Shown piece by piece: positions 9,444 through 19,470 of a DNA stretch of 64,000 bases (position 1 is its first letter; every line of letters begins with the position of its first letter). Source of the DNA: a candidate division TA06 bacterium B3_TA06 (GTDB lineage: Bacteria; Hydrothermota; Tepidihabitantia; B3-TA06); contig NJBO01000002.1 of the NCBI GenBank assembly GCA_005223075.1, forward strand, positions 1,836 to 65,835, written 5' to 3'. Under the pieces are notes generated by a model. It was not told where the DNA came from and did not search any database. It worked only from the letters and a program-made list of their open reading frames with translations. The position numbers were made by a program, and so were the translations under genes.

Positions 9444-10754
9444 ATGATGAAACACTTGTACTTAATCGCTTTGATGCTTACAGGTATAGTGAGTCCTTCG
9501 CTCGTGCAAGCCTCCTGGGAAATCCTAGATTTGCCAACGGATCGTGGTTTTACCGCAATCTGGGCCATTAATGAACAAACAATTTTTGTTATAGGCCATC
9601 AAGGACTATGGACTACTTTTGATGGAAAGGAGTGGGTTTTAGACAGCACCTATCAACCAAGCTATATCTACTTTGCAGATGATACGCTGGGTTTTCTTTG
9701 GGGCAGCATTCTAACCATAGATGGAGGACACACATGGCGAAAGGGCGATACAGTAAACGGCAATGTGGTTCCTGTTCATTTTGCTAGAGGTCAGAGCCTT
9801 GTCGGTTACGGCTTGGGTTACGATTACGCATGTAAAACCACGGACGGTGGTTGGCATTGGGATCAACTTCCCCCTCTACCAGACGTATATCCAGGTTTCG
9901 ATGAAATCATTTCGCCTGACGATATTTGTTTTCCAAAAGACCCTGACACAGGCTACCTGACTGTGACATGCATTAAGCAGTTATCTGATGGTGAGATAGA
10001 GTATCACAATAGCTACTTTAAGACCACGGACGGCGGCCAGACCTGGGTATTGAACGAGGAAGGACTTTGGAATGACGATTTCAACCCTCGCTATATCGAT
10101 TTTCCTCAAAACGCTAGTGTAGGCTACATGGCAGGCGGAGGCGGTAAGGTTTACAAGACCACCGACGGCGGAGCTACATGGGATACGGTGCTCAAGGATC
10201 GCCCTTATATCGTCAGCATGTGCTTCCCGGAAAGCGACCAGGTTGGCTATGTATTTGGTGATTCAGTAGCCCACAAGACTACCGATGGAGGCAAGACCTG
10301 GAAAGAAGCTGTGATTACACACGATTCTACTTTCTACAAATGCCACTTTATCAACGATAGTGTAGGGTTCGTTACGGGTCATAAGAATATGACTCTCTGC
10401 ATGCCCTACGACCCCGGCTTCGTTCTGAAGACCACTGACGGGCTGCTGGGGATAAGTGAGGATGACTGGGTAGATGTGGTGCCTGAGCTTGTGGAGCTAA
10501 GTGCCCCAGCCCTCTTCAGCCGCGAGCTTGCGTGTCGCTACCAGGCAAGGGAGTCGGGGCGTATACGATTGACACTTTTTGACGCCGCAGGCCGTGAGGT
10601 GCAATCTCTCGGCTGGTGCGAGGTAGGATGTGGAGAGGGTTCCTTAAGCTTTAACGGAGCCTTGCTCCCGACAGGAGTATATTTTATCCGGGTGGAGTTT
10701 AGTTCCGCTCAGGGAAGCCAAAATCAAAAACTGCGGGCCGTGAAGGTCCAATGA
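9444..10754 (+). CDS. YCF48/BNR-repeat propeller protein, paralog of 7812-9101, different CTD
   Basis: ASWEILDLPTDRGF shared; KTTDGG repeats. Confidence 0.85.
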   Translation: MMKHLYLIALMLTGIVSPSLVQASWEILDLPTDRGFTAIWAINEQTIFVIGHQGLWTTFDGKEWVLDSTYQPSYIYFADDTLGFLWGSILTIDGGHTWRKGDTVNGNVVPVHFARGQSLVGYGLGYDYACKTTDGGWHWDQLPPLPDVYPGFDEIISPDDICFPKDPDTGYLTVTCIKQLSDGEIEYHNSYFKTTDGGQTWVLNEEGLWNDDFNPRYIDFPQNASVGYMAGGGGKVYKTTDGGATWDTVLKDRPYIVSMCFPESDQVGYVFGDSVAHKTTDGGKTWKEAVITHDSTFYKCHFINDSVGFVTGHKNMTLCMPYDPGFVLKTTDGLLGISEDDWVDVVPELVELSAPALFSRELACRYQARESGRIRLTLFDAAGREVQSLGWCEVGCGEGSLSFNGALLPTGVYFIRVEFSSAQGSQNQKLRAVKVQ

Positions 10755-10769
10755 TTTAAGGAGGGAAAG

Positions 10770-13700
10770 ATGATACACAAAACCTGTAACTGGAAAACTG
10801 CATGGTTAATAGTGTCCATGTTTCTGCTTACTTTTACTAGCAAGGTCGCGGGTGAAGAGTTCGATAACCGTTTTCTATTAGGGGTCTATAGTGACAAAAC
10901 CTATCACTCGTTAGATGAAACAAGACACGACGAACTACACTTGAATCTTCTTTTTGGGACGACCACAGGAGTTGGTACATACAGTAGTTACTGTAGTGAA
11001 GATCCTAGACCACAAAATGCTGTATTCTTTTATGCGGGTGAATCGGATCGTCTGGAACCGGCAGTAACCACACCAACAACTCTATCTGAATGGAAGAATG
11101 TAACTGTTGATGCTGCTTTGAGTAGATATCCGGGCAGTGGGACATTAATACACAGAATGTCTTGGCACTTGGGTGAGGAGCATCCTGAATTCTACGATCC
11201 CTTATTTTATGATGGCATGAATTTCCTAATCTCTGAGAAAATACCTGCTAATGAACTGGCCACTTTCTGTGCTACCTTTACTGTTCGGCCTGACATCTTT
11301 TTAGGTGTTGAGGGGCTGGACCTGGGTTGGTATTATTTCGAGCCATTCCTCACCATTTACAAAACAACGGACACTTACTATCAAGATTCCCTTCAGAAGT
11401 ATTGTGTAGATGTGTACGACTTGGTTGCAAAAAAAGTAAAGAATTACCGACAATGGGGATTCTGCCCGAATCTGCAATTAGGAGTGATTCTGCAGGGTTT
11501 CTATGATAGCGATGAAAACGGTGACCCCAGTGACCCTGATGGACATCGCCTACCCACTCCTGAAGAAATGAGCTTTGAAGGATGGCTCACTTTATCTCGG
11601 GGAGCTAAAGCCATGCTGTATTATCTTTATCATTACTCGGATGAAGGTACTCCTAGTTCTCAAATAGGTTTGATAAATTCAGATCGTTCACCGAATAGCA
11701 CTTTTGACCCAGCTGCTGATTTCTACGCGCAGATTAAAGCCATAGACGATAATCTAAAGGGCGCTCCCTACAACTACGCCAACGGACTCTACGAAGTTGA
11801 GCTTGCTAAGTACAAATCTATTCGTGGAGACATGTTGACCCCTGAGTTTTTCGTACGCGAAATCATTGTTGATCCGCCACCGGGTAAGACAAAAGATCAC
11901 GTTTACACTGAACTTAGCTTGCACTACTCCCCATATGGGCACAATTTCTTCCTTTTGCTTAATCGTTCCCTCCACCTTAGCGAACCGGTTGAATACGACA
12001 TAACACTGTTGTGGCAAGGGGAAGGAAGTCCCATCGTCATAGATCTTACTTCGGGAGAAACAATTACCCCTGGGGTTCCTGTGCAAGGTGATGAGTTTAT
12101 GATTCACGTGACCCTTGATCCAGGAGAGGCCGGTTTCTACATAATAACCAATAGCAGTGGAGGTGGGACCGAAAGGGAGCTCTACCTTTGTGGCGAATGG
12201 AGAAATCGCGGGGTTGCTCCCTGGGAGCAAATGAATCCGCAAGATCCCTCTGATCACGGGTACGCGCATTGCAGATGGGAGTGGCTTAAAGGCAAACCTT
12301 TAAACCTGACTGGAATGAGCACATGGAAACACCCCTGTGGCGTGGAAGATTGGGAGCCTGGCCCCTACGATTTTATTCGGTCCATCAATCTGAATTGGGG
12401 CTATTTCTACGATAGGATGGACGCGGACTGCATGAACTATGTGAAGGTAGGCGAACATTCCTACGGAGACGATCTCAGTGATATCGAAGATGGCTTGGTC
12501 GGGACTAAATCGAACGAGATCACGATACAAGAACCCGAAGGTCCCGAGCCTGGATGTCCAGAAGTTTACACCTTCGTTGAGCAAGATACTGCAACCTGCA
12601 CTTATTCGTTCATGGAAAACAACACAATATTGCCTTTTTCCGAAACGGCTGTGACTCTAGAAGAGATTCGTTTAGACCTCTTGAAGATTGATGTGCTTAA
12701 TATCCATACAGGACATTACTACCTCAACATCCGAGAAAACGACGACGAAGAAACCTATCTTTATGGTGCGACACTGTGGGTGGTGGACCATCCCGAGGGT
12801 ACGATAGTCGCTACCTCGTCAGATAGCAACATCTACGTCTACTCTGACGTAGCCAAGCCGCTCACGTGCGTGGATCAGAGTAGTATCGATCGCTATGAGG
12901 AGGTCGTCTATCGAGACGATCAGGCTTTCATCGGATCGGACAACTCTTATCTCACGGTTAGCTTCCCCAATACTAGCTGGATCAATAAAGGAATACTTAT
13001 ACTAACAGGTCTGCCTGACGGGATTGCGGAAATCGATTGGTCCAAGAACTACTACTGCCTGGTCCAAAAATCAAATGGTCAGGGCGGCTGGATTCCTTCA
13101 GGTGAGGCGTTTGCCCGCAAGAACCCGTCACTGTGGTTGGTAGATGTATCTGACGCTTCCGATACCACCTTCCGCATCGATTGCTTTGGTGATTCCTGCT
13201 GTATCAACTATGTAGCCCTGGTTAAACTGGAAGACAATGGCTGGACGCAAACCGAAGCCCCGATTGATTCCGCAATACTTTGGATTGTTGATCCGCCCGG
13301 TACAGCTCCTGTTGGAAGTAATGTTGAGGATTTAATTTCTGATCCCCAAACTGCTGGGATTATTTCACCATGCGGACAGTTGGCACTTTCCTTTACCGAG
13401 GTTCCGCCTGACACTACCTGTCAGCGCGATTTCGTCCTCCAAACATCCGGCTATTACATCCCAGGCATCGGTGGTGGAGATGGCGGCGAACAGAGTACCA
13501 CACCATCTTTGTGTTTCGATCTGGAGGTCCAGACGCTTCACGGTTTAAGGAAGGTCATGCTGATAAACTACGAGGTTCCGGTAGCCACCGACGTAAAGAT
13601 TGCTATCGTGGACGTTGCGGGGCGCGTGGTAGCAGAGCCTTTGAAAGAAGAGGTTACACCTGGCAGGCATCAACTGGAGTGGAACTGGTGCGACGACGCT

Positions 13701-13787
13701 GGGCGAAAGGTTGCTTCAGGGGTATACTTCGTCAAGATGGTTGCAGGTGAGTTCACGGAGGTGAACAAGGTTGTTTTGACAAAGTAA
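10770..13787 (+). CDS. Large secreted multidomain protein with FlgD-Ig/T9SS-type CTD
   Basis: Signal peptide; PTPEEM..GAKAMLYY (glycoside-hydrolase-like, tentative); C-terminal W...DDAGRKVASGVYF. Confidence 0.75.
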   Translation: MIHKTCNWKTAWLIVSMFLLTFTSKVAGEEFDNRFLLGVYSDKTYHSLDETRHDELHLNLLFGTTTGVGTYSSYCSEDPRPQNAVFFYAGESDRLEPAVTTPTTLSEWKNVTVDAALSRYPGSGTLIHRMSWHLGEEHPEFYDPLFYDGMNFLISEKIPANELATFCATFTVRPDIFLGVEGLDLGWYYFEPFLTIYKTTDTYYQDSLQKYCVDVYDLVAKKVKNYRQWGFCPNLQLGVILQGFYDSDENGDPSDPDGHRLPTPEEMSFEGWLTLSRGAKAMLYYLYHYSDEGTPSSQIGLINSDRSPNSTFDPAADFYAQIKAIDDNLKGAPYNYANGLYEVELAKYKSIRGDMLTPEFFVREIIVDPPPGKTKDHVYTELSLHYSPYGHNFFLLLNRSLHLSEPVEYDITLLWQGEGSPIVIDLTSGETITPGVPVQGDEFMIHVTLDPGEAGFYIITNSSGGGTERELYLCGEWRNRGVAPWEQMNPQDPSDHGYAHCRWEWLKGKPLNLTGMSTWKHPCGVEDWEPGPYDFIRSINLNWGYFYDRMDADCMNYVKVGEHSYGDDLSDIEDGLVGTKSNEITIQEPEGPEPGCPEVYTFVEQDTATCTYSFMENNTILPFSETAVTLEEIRLDLLKIDVLNIHTGHYYLNIRENDDEETYLYGATLWVVDHPEGTIVATSSDSNIYVYSDVAKPLTCVDQSSIDRYEEVVYRDDQAFIGSDNSYLTVSFPNTSWINKGILILTGLPDGIAEIDWSKNYYCLVQKSNGQGGWIPSGEAFARKNPSLWLVDVSDASDTTFRIDCFGDSCCINYVALVKLEDNGWTQTEAPIDSAILWIVDPPGTAPVGSNVEDLISDPQTAGIISPCGQLALSFTEVPPDTTCQRDFVLQTSGYYIPGIGGGDGGEQSTTPSLCFDLEVQTLHGLRKVMLINYEVPVATDVKIAIVDVAGRVVAEPLKEEVTPGRHQLEWNWCDDAGRKVASGVYFVKMVAGEFTEVNKVVLTK

Positions 13788-13879
13788 AACTGCTCTATTG
13801 ACTTGGAGTATTTAAAAGATAGACTTGCGGGATGAGAGATAGCCTTTCTTTCCGTATTTAGTTAAGTAAAGAGGACATA

Positions 13880-15499
13880 ATGGTGAATTTTGTTTTTTGG
13901 CTGAGTGCTATTTGTTTCGCCGCACAGCCTATTGTTTCTTGGCAGAAGGTGATTGATAATGGTGATGAAGATAGGTTCCATGGCTTGGACCTTTACAATG
14001 GGGACGTATATGCCGGTGGTGAAAGATACTTTGGTGAGAGCTTTGAGTACGATCTGTGCTTCTTTGTATTCGATAGCGAGGGTAGTGAAAAGCAGAGAAC
14101 CTTCTATTGGGAACGCAATGGGCGAGATGAGTGGGGGAACGATGTTGCCGTGTTATTTTCGGGTAATGTCGTGGTTGTGGGAACTTATGAGACAACCGGA
14201 CAACCCGGTTGGTATACGGTATGGTTCTCGCCTACAGGTGAATTTCTTCACTACGATTCAACTTATGCGGAAGCGAACTATTCATACAACGCAACGTGCA
14301 TTGCAGTATCGTTGGACGATACTTGTTACGTAAGTGGCTGGAGTAGTAAGGACTTAAAAAATGTACGAATGGTTAAATACAGTCCCGAAGGAACCAGGAT
14401 ATGGCGAGAATACTTCCATGGACCAGATATAGGCGACGCTGTGAGTATCGCGCTTGACTCACGAGGATCGGTTTTCGCGTTGTGTAAATCTTTATGTTTG
14501 TGGGGCGGCTGGACAAAAAAAGGGGATTCCTTAGATTTCGTTAATAAATACAGCACCAACGCGGCAGAAGGAGCGGCTATACGGATTAACTCAGCGGATC
14601 ACGTATTTATAGCCGGAGACGTGGAGGGTTCAGACAGGGACTTCATGCTTCTTAAGTATCGAACCGATGGAGAGCAGCTATGGTATACCCACAAGGCTTA
14701 CGATCTTGGCGGAGAGGAAGAATGCCGGGACATGGCATTAGACCCCATATCCGACTGCTATCTTGCAGGTTGGCAGCTAAGAGGCGAGGATGAGGATATA
14801 GCCCTGGTCAAGACCGACTCGGCAGGCAAGATGCTGTGGTCATGGGTGGATACTGTCGAGGGTAAGCAGGAGATCGAGGCCATAGAGGTTGACGAAGAAG
14901 GCTACATCTACCTTGCAGGTTCGCATCACAACGGCGATAACTGGGACATGCTGGTTATGAAACTCCGCCAGCCCTTAACCATCTCCGGCAGAGTCACAGA
15001 CTCGGCAGGCAAGCCCATGGAGGACATACCTGTCGCCCTCACCGGTGACACCACGGTTGAGGTCTTAACCGACACCGGGGGTTATTATACCATAGAGGTC
15101 TACAACGGCGGTGAATATACGGTATCTCCCAACCTCCCTGGCTGGACGTTTGAGCCCTCCTCCCATACTTACTCGCCGCTTGCGCACAGAGAATTCGATC
15201 AGGACTTTGCCGACGGCAAATGGACAGGGGTAGGTGAGCAGTCCATAGAGCGATCGCCTTCCTGGAAACTTATATCTTCCTGCGGAAAGGAGGTGGTTCT
15301 TAAGTATTCCAACTATCCGGAAGACTTCCGTGCTGGCATCTACGATGCTTCAGGCCGCAAGGTGGACGAAATTCACGCCTCCGCTGGCGCGTCGTCCGGT
15401 ACTATCACGTGGGGTGAACATTACGGGCCAGGGGTGTATTTCATCTACGGCCAGTCTAAGCGTTCCTCAATCATCCAGAAGGTGATTCTGATCCGATAG
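13880..15499 (+). CDS. Secreted beta-propeller (SBBP-like) plus carboxypeptidase-regulatory-like domain plus CTD
   Basis: Propeller repeats, TISGRVTDSAGKP..TDTGGYY, CTD. Confidence 0.78.
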   Translation: MVNFVFWLSAICFAAQPIVSWQKVIDNGDEDRFHGLDLYNGDVYAGGERYFGESFEYDLCFFVFDSEGSEKQRTFYWERNGRDEWGNDVAVLFSGNVVVVGTYETTGQPGWYTVWFSPTGEFLHYDSTYAEANYSYNATCIAVSLDDTCYVSGWSSKDLKNVRMVKYSPEGTRIWREYFHGPDIGDAVSIALDSRGSVFALCKSLCLWGGWTKKGDSLDFVNKYSTNAAEGAAIRINSADHVFIAGDVEGSDRDFMLLKYRTDGEQLWYTHKAYDLGGEEECRDMALDPISDCYLAGWQLRGEDEDIALVKTDSAGKMLWSWVDTVEGKQEIEAIEVDEEGYIYLAGSHHNGDNWDMLVMKLRQPLTISGRVTDSAGKPMEDIPVALTGDTTVEVLTDTGGYYTIEVYNGGEYTVSPNLPGWTFEPSSHTYSPLAHREFDQDFADGKWTGVGEQSIERSPSWKLISSCGKEVVLKYSNYPEDFRAGIYDASGRKVDEIHASAGASSGTITWGEHYGPGVYFIYGQSKRSSIIQKVILIR

Positions 15500-15658
15500 A
15501 CAAGGGCAAGGGGTTTAAACCCCTTGTCAACCCTATGCGCGTCCCAGGGGTATGTTATGGGTTGACATACCCCTAAAATCAGTTAAAATTAGTAAGGATT
15601 TTACTTGCCGAGTTATGGTTTTGGATAAGTAGAGAAAAATGTCCCTCAAGGAGGGAGA

Positions 15659-16354
15659 ATGCAGAGATCGAGAGTTATCTTTGCCGTACTTATGCTGCTG
15701 GCGTTGCCGGGATTAGGAGTAAGTACAGCAGCCGCCGACAGCCTTGACATAACCCCTTACGAGATAATCTCGCCGGAGAGAGTCCAGCAAGATCCTTTCA
15801 GGCCTCGGGCGTGGTTCGCTGAACGCGGAGGCGTAGAAGTCCAGGAGCCGTCTTTGATTTGCCTTATTGTAGATCTGAGCTCTCAAGACTCGGTATACAT
15901 AGACTCCATCCCTCTGTGGAGAGTGAAACCTTATGACACCATAAAAGCAACGTTTGACGAGACTGATCCCGCGCCCAACATCTACGAGATCACCTTCTGG
16001 GCGGAGAATGATTGGCCCACAAATATCAGCTACCCGCCGCTTGTGGACACCTTCTACTACAAAGTAGGTATAACGGAAACCCCTGTCCCCGGCGAGTTCA
16101 ATCTGGACCCAGTCTCCCCCGATCCGACTACACGCTCTGTTACTGTGAGTTTCTCTCTAGGGCACCCTACCGAGATCACCCTTTCCGTCTATGACTTAAC
16201 CGGTAAGATTGTAACCACGCTTGCGTCCGGAACATGGAACCAAGGCAGACACTCTGTGCGTTGGTATCCTTCGAACGCGCCGCCTGGCGTTTACTTTCTG
16301 CGACTTAGGACACCTGGGTTCTCAGCATCCCGCAAGGTGGTACTGCTGAACTAG
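15659..16354 (+). CDS. Small secreted protein with T9SS-type CTD
   Basis: Signal peptide; PDP..VYDLTGKIV..PGVYFLRL..RKVVLL. Confidence 0.8.
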   Translation: MQRSRVIFAVLMLLALPGLGVSTAAADSLDITPYEIISPERVQQDPFRPRAWFAERGGVEVQEPSLICLIVDLSSQDSVYIDSIPLWRVKPYDTIKATFDETDPAPNIYEITFWAENDWPTNISYPPLVDTFYYKVGITETPVPGEFNLDPVSPDPTTRSVTVSFSLGHPTEITLSVYDLTGKIVTTLASGTWNQGRHSVRWYPSNAPPGVYFLRLRTPGFSASRKVVLLN

Positions 16355-16461
16355 ATTTTTTACAACTCAGAATAAGTGTCTGCGCAGGGTTCAGGGTATA
16401 AAAAACTTGACGTGCACCTATAGATAATTATAATCGGGCAATCTGGTAAAAGGAGATCACA

Positions 16462-18048
16462 ATGTTGCAGATAAATCTCTGGGCAAGGAGGACGCTTGCC
16501 GCTACGGTTTCCCTTTTTGTAATCTTGGCAGGCTGGCTTCCGGCTGCAACGGTTACCCCCCAGGAGGCTACAAAAGCGGCAATGACCCACATCCAATCCA
16601 TGACCAACGTATGGAGCCAACTCCCATACCTTGAGAATCAAACCATCACCGTAGACAAACTCAAAGAGCTGTGTGAAACTGAATCAAACCAGCTTCTGGG
16701 TTACGTCGCCGAGCTAACACCAAGAGGATTCGTGGTACTTTCTGGAAATACCCAGCTCGCCCCGATAATTGCCTATTCGTATCGCTGCAACTTCCCATGG
16801 GAAGGGAATGCGGATAATATCCTGCGTTGTATGCTAAAAACCGACCTCGCTTTAAGAGAAAAAGCCGTCTCTATAACGGACGCAAACATCTTAAGTGCGA
16901 ACAACTCTTCATGGGAGAACTACCTTGCGGGCGAAGTATTGCTTGAGCTAACCGGGCAGTGGCCCTCTCCAGGTTCCACCCACACGGGTGGATGGGTTGA
17001 AACCACCTGGCGTCAAACTTACCCTTACAATGCCTACTGCCCCAAAGATCCGGGAACAGGCAAGCGATGCGTGGTGGGGTGCGTTGCCACGGCGATGTCC
17101 CAGATCGTAGACTATCATTCCGATAGAAGAAACTACATGAGCGACATTCAACTCTACCGCTATGACAGATATGTCTCAATGATGACAAGTCCATATATAC
17201 GCATTGACCAGGATTCCTCTACATACGACTTCCCCTCGTTCAACGCCCTGAATGGATACCTGGAAGATTTGAGGAATATTTACCTTGCAGATTCCACCCC
17301 GGGTTATTACGATGTTGCCGCGCTTGCCTTCACCTGCGGCATCTTTGTCAAGATGCACTACTCAAGCAGTGGGTCGGGAACCAACGTAGATCGCGTTTCA
17401 TTCGCCTTGATGTTCAAATTTGGATACCCATCGGCGATGAATGTGGACAAAAACACAGCGTGGTTCTACGACACCTTAAGCCAGAACATGAAAGATGCCC
17501 TGCCTGCAGAGCTTGGTATACACTATCCGGACGGTTCATACGGCCATGCGATCGTCTGCGACGGACTGCGTGAGATTGAAGGCGAGGACGACCAGTACCA
17601 TCTGAATTTTGGATGGGGACCCGACAGCCCTGGTCCGATCACAACCGCATGGTACGTCCTACCTCAAGGGATGCCTCTCGGATACAGGGTGATATCAGGC
17701 GGAGTACTATCCATCAGACCCCCTGAAGGCTCCTACGTAGCGGAGCGCGCAGAACCACATCCTTGCCGGTTCTTTATTGAACAACTCTCCCCTACCCTGC
17801 AGATCGCTCCGGCTGCACTCACCTTATCTTACGGACTCCCCTGCCCTGCAAGGGTGCGTTTGAAGATATACGACATCAACGGCCGGATGATCAAGACCCT
17901 CCTGGACGAAGATATGCCTGCCGGTTACCATCAAACAGAATGGGACACGCGAGACAGAGAGGGCCGCGAGGTCGCGTCCGGGATCTATTTCTGCGTGCTC
18001 GAAACAAAGGAAGGAATTTACAAGACAAAAGCCGTCGTAATACGATAA
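16462..18048 (+). CDS. C10 family (streptopain-like) cysteine protease with propeptide and FlgD-type CTD
   Basis: GFVVLSG..PIIAYS propeptide; VGCVATAMSQI, GHAIVCDG, YHLNFGWG. Confidence 0.92.
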   Translation: MLQINLWARRTLAATVSLFVILAGWLPAATVTPQEATKAAMTHIQSMTNVWSQLPYLENQTITVDKLKELCETESNQLLGYVAELTPRGFVVLSGNTQLAPIIAYSYRCNFPWEGNADNILRCMLKTDLALREKAVSITDANILSANNSSWENYLAGEVLLELTGQWPSPGSTHTGGWVETTWRQTYPYNAYCPKDPGTGKRCVVGCVATAMSQIVDYHSDRRNYMSDIQLYRYDRYVSMMTSPYIRIDQDSSTYDFPSFNALNGYLEDLRNIYLADSTPGYYDVAALAFTCGIFVKMHYSSSGSGTNVDRVSFALMFKFGYPSAMNVDKNTAWFYDTLSQNMKDALPAELGIHYPDGSYGHAIVCDGLREIEGEDDQYHLNFGWGPDSPGPITTAWYVLPQGMPLGYRVISGGVLSIRPPEGSYVAERAEPHPCRFFIEQLSPTLQIAPAALTLSYGLPCPARVRLKIYDINGRMIKTLLDEDMPAGYHQTEWDTRDREGREVASGIYFCVLETKEGIYKTKAVVIR

Positions 18049-18104
18049 GAGCTTCTTCGGGCTAGGATAGTCACTAACTCCGCTGAGTTGGTGATGACGT
18101 AAAC

Positions 18105-18360
18105 TGCTCCTTCCTCTCCATGGTTGATACATCTTCCAGCAGCACAGGCTCAGCGTGCCCCAGTCGGGTGCTCCAGTCTGTACTATTGTATCCGAACGGA
18201 CGCTTCTATTTTCGACATCATAGGCCGCAAGGTTGATGAGATACGCGCCTTCGGCCAAAGCGAGACGGTAACTTGGGGCAAGAACCACAATCCGGGGGTC
18301 TACTTCATAGTGCCGAGTGAGGGTAAGGCGTCGGCACAGAAAGTCATCTTGATAAAATAA
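18105..18360 (+). pseudogene. Remnant encoding only a C-terminal sorting domain
   Basis: ASIFDIIGRKVDEI..WG...PGVYFI..QKVILIK with no signal peptide or cargo domain. Confidence 0.65.
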
Positions 18361-18463
18361 CCCCCTTCCCCTAACCCCTACCCGACGGCCCCAGACGGTG
18401 GGATTAACAGGGCACACTGTCCCACCAGGGGAGGGGAATTAGATAGTAAGCGGGCCGACCTGA

Positions 18464-18501
18464 TACCCTATGGGGCACTCAGTACCCCAAGGGGCACGCT
18501 G
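18464..18501 (-). mobile_element. 38-nt hairpin mini-element (CAGCGTGCCCCT...TAGGGTA) in a REP loop
   Basis: Removal restores gacctga|aggtc as seen at 36417. Confidence 0.8.
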
Positions 18502-18612
18502 AGGTCGGCCCCTACATTCTCAGGCGAAAGGGAGCATTAAAGATCGCCACCATCCCTTCGGTCGCGATGACTAAGATGGTGTGTTACGGGTACGGGTGTG
18601 TTACGGGTGTTA

Positions 18613-18669
18613 TTTCCTTGTGAACGGAGCGTAAGCTCCGAATAATTATGAGAATGCCCCGAAGGGGTA
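18613..18669 (+). mobile_element. 57-nt two-hairpin element in a GTGTTA|CGGG repeat
   Basis: Inverted copy with one mismatch at 23898-23954, same target. Confidence 0.75.
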
Positions 18670-18739
18670 CGGGTACGGGTTGACAGAGGGGTTATTTTCG
18701 GATAAGCTTACGGGCTAGAGCTATTGTAGGAGGAAGTCC

Positions 18740-19378
18740 ATGTGGGAGAAAAAACCACGTTACGAACGACAGTTGATGCCGGGTGAAGTGCTTTTCCATG
18801 AAGGGGATACAGGCGAGGTGATGTACTTCATCCGCAAGGGCAAGATCAAAATCTCCGTAGGTGAGGAGGATCAGGAAAAGGTGTTTGCGGTGCTTAAGGA
18901 AGGTGATTTCTTCGGCGAGATGGCGGTGATTGACGGCAGCCCGCGATCCGCCAGCGCCACCGCAATAGAGGAAACGGACCTCATAATTATCGACAAGGAG
19001 TCGTTCATCTCCAAGATCAACGAGAATCCGTTGGTCGCTTACGTCATCGAAACACTTACAAAGCGGATTCGCATCCTTGATGAGCAACTCAAGTATCTTA
19101 CCATCAAAAGCGACGAGGAGCGTATCATCCACTTCATCCTGGCTCGCGCCAAGCAACAGGGTACGCCGATGGATGAAGGGGTAAGCCTTGATGAGATCTC
19201 CACTGAGACTATCGCCCATATCACCGGCGTTGACATCAAAAAGGTAGCAGAATACCTGAAGCGCCTGGAAGATGTGGAGCTTATCAAGGTAGGCGACGAT
19301 GAGATCATCGTGCGCAGCATCCCGGACCTGGATGAATACATCCGCTACCTCAAGCTGCGCGATAAGTTCAAGAAATAG
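18740..19378 (+). CDS. Crp/Fnr family cNMP-binding regulator
   Basis: GDFFGEMA..PRSASA cNMP domain plus C-terminal HTH. Confidence 0.9.
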   Translation: MWEKKPRYERQLMPGEVLFHEGDTGEVMYFIRKGKIKISVGEEDQEKVFAVLKEGDFFGEMAVIDGSPRSASATAIEETDLIIIDKESFISKINENPLVAYVIETLTKRIRILDEQLKYLTIKSDEERIIHFILARAKQQGTPMDEGVSLDEISTETIAHITGVDIKKVAEYLKRLEDVELIKVGDDEIIVRSIPDLDEYIRYLKLRDKFKK

Positions 19379-19470
19379 CGAACGAGAAAAAGAAAGCCGA
19401 TGACGAATGCTAAGATTTAATCATAGTGGTGTATCTCATTCACAGGTTCCCTCCTAGTTAAAGACCGCTT

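Larger units (their letters stand above)
18360..18680. repeat. Cluster of nested palindromic repeats (CCCCT/GGGAGGGG type, GTAG REP, GTCATCGCGAC type, GTGTTACGGG tract)
   Basis: Related modules recur at 36365-36755, 52640-52845 and 23878-23965. Confidence 0.75.

Noticed and set aside
18150..18170. Fifth copy of the 38-nt element
   Set aside because: Only CAGCGTGCCCC matches; there is no full stem or TAGGGTA end, so at most a short variant.
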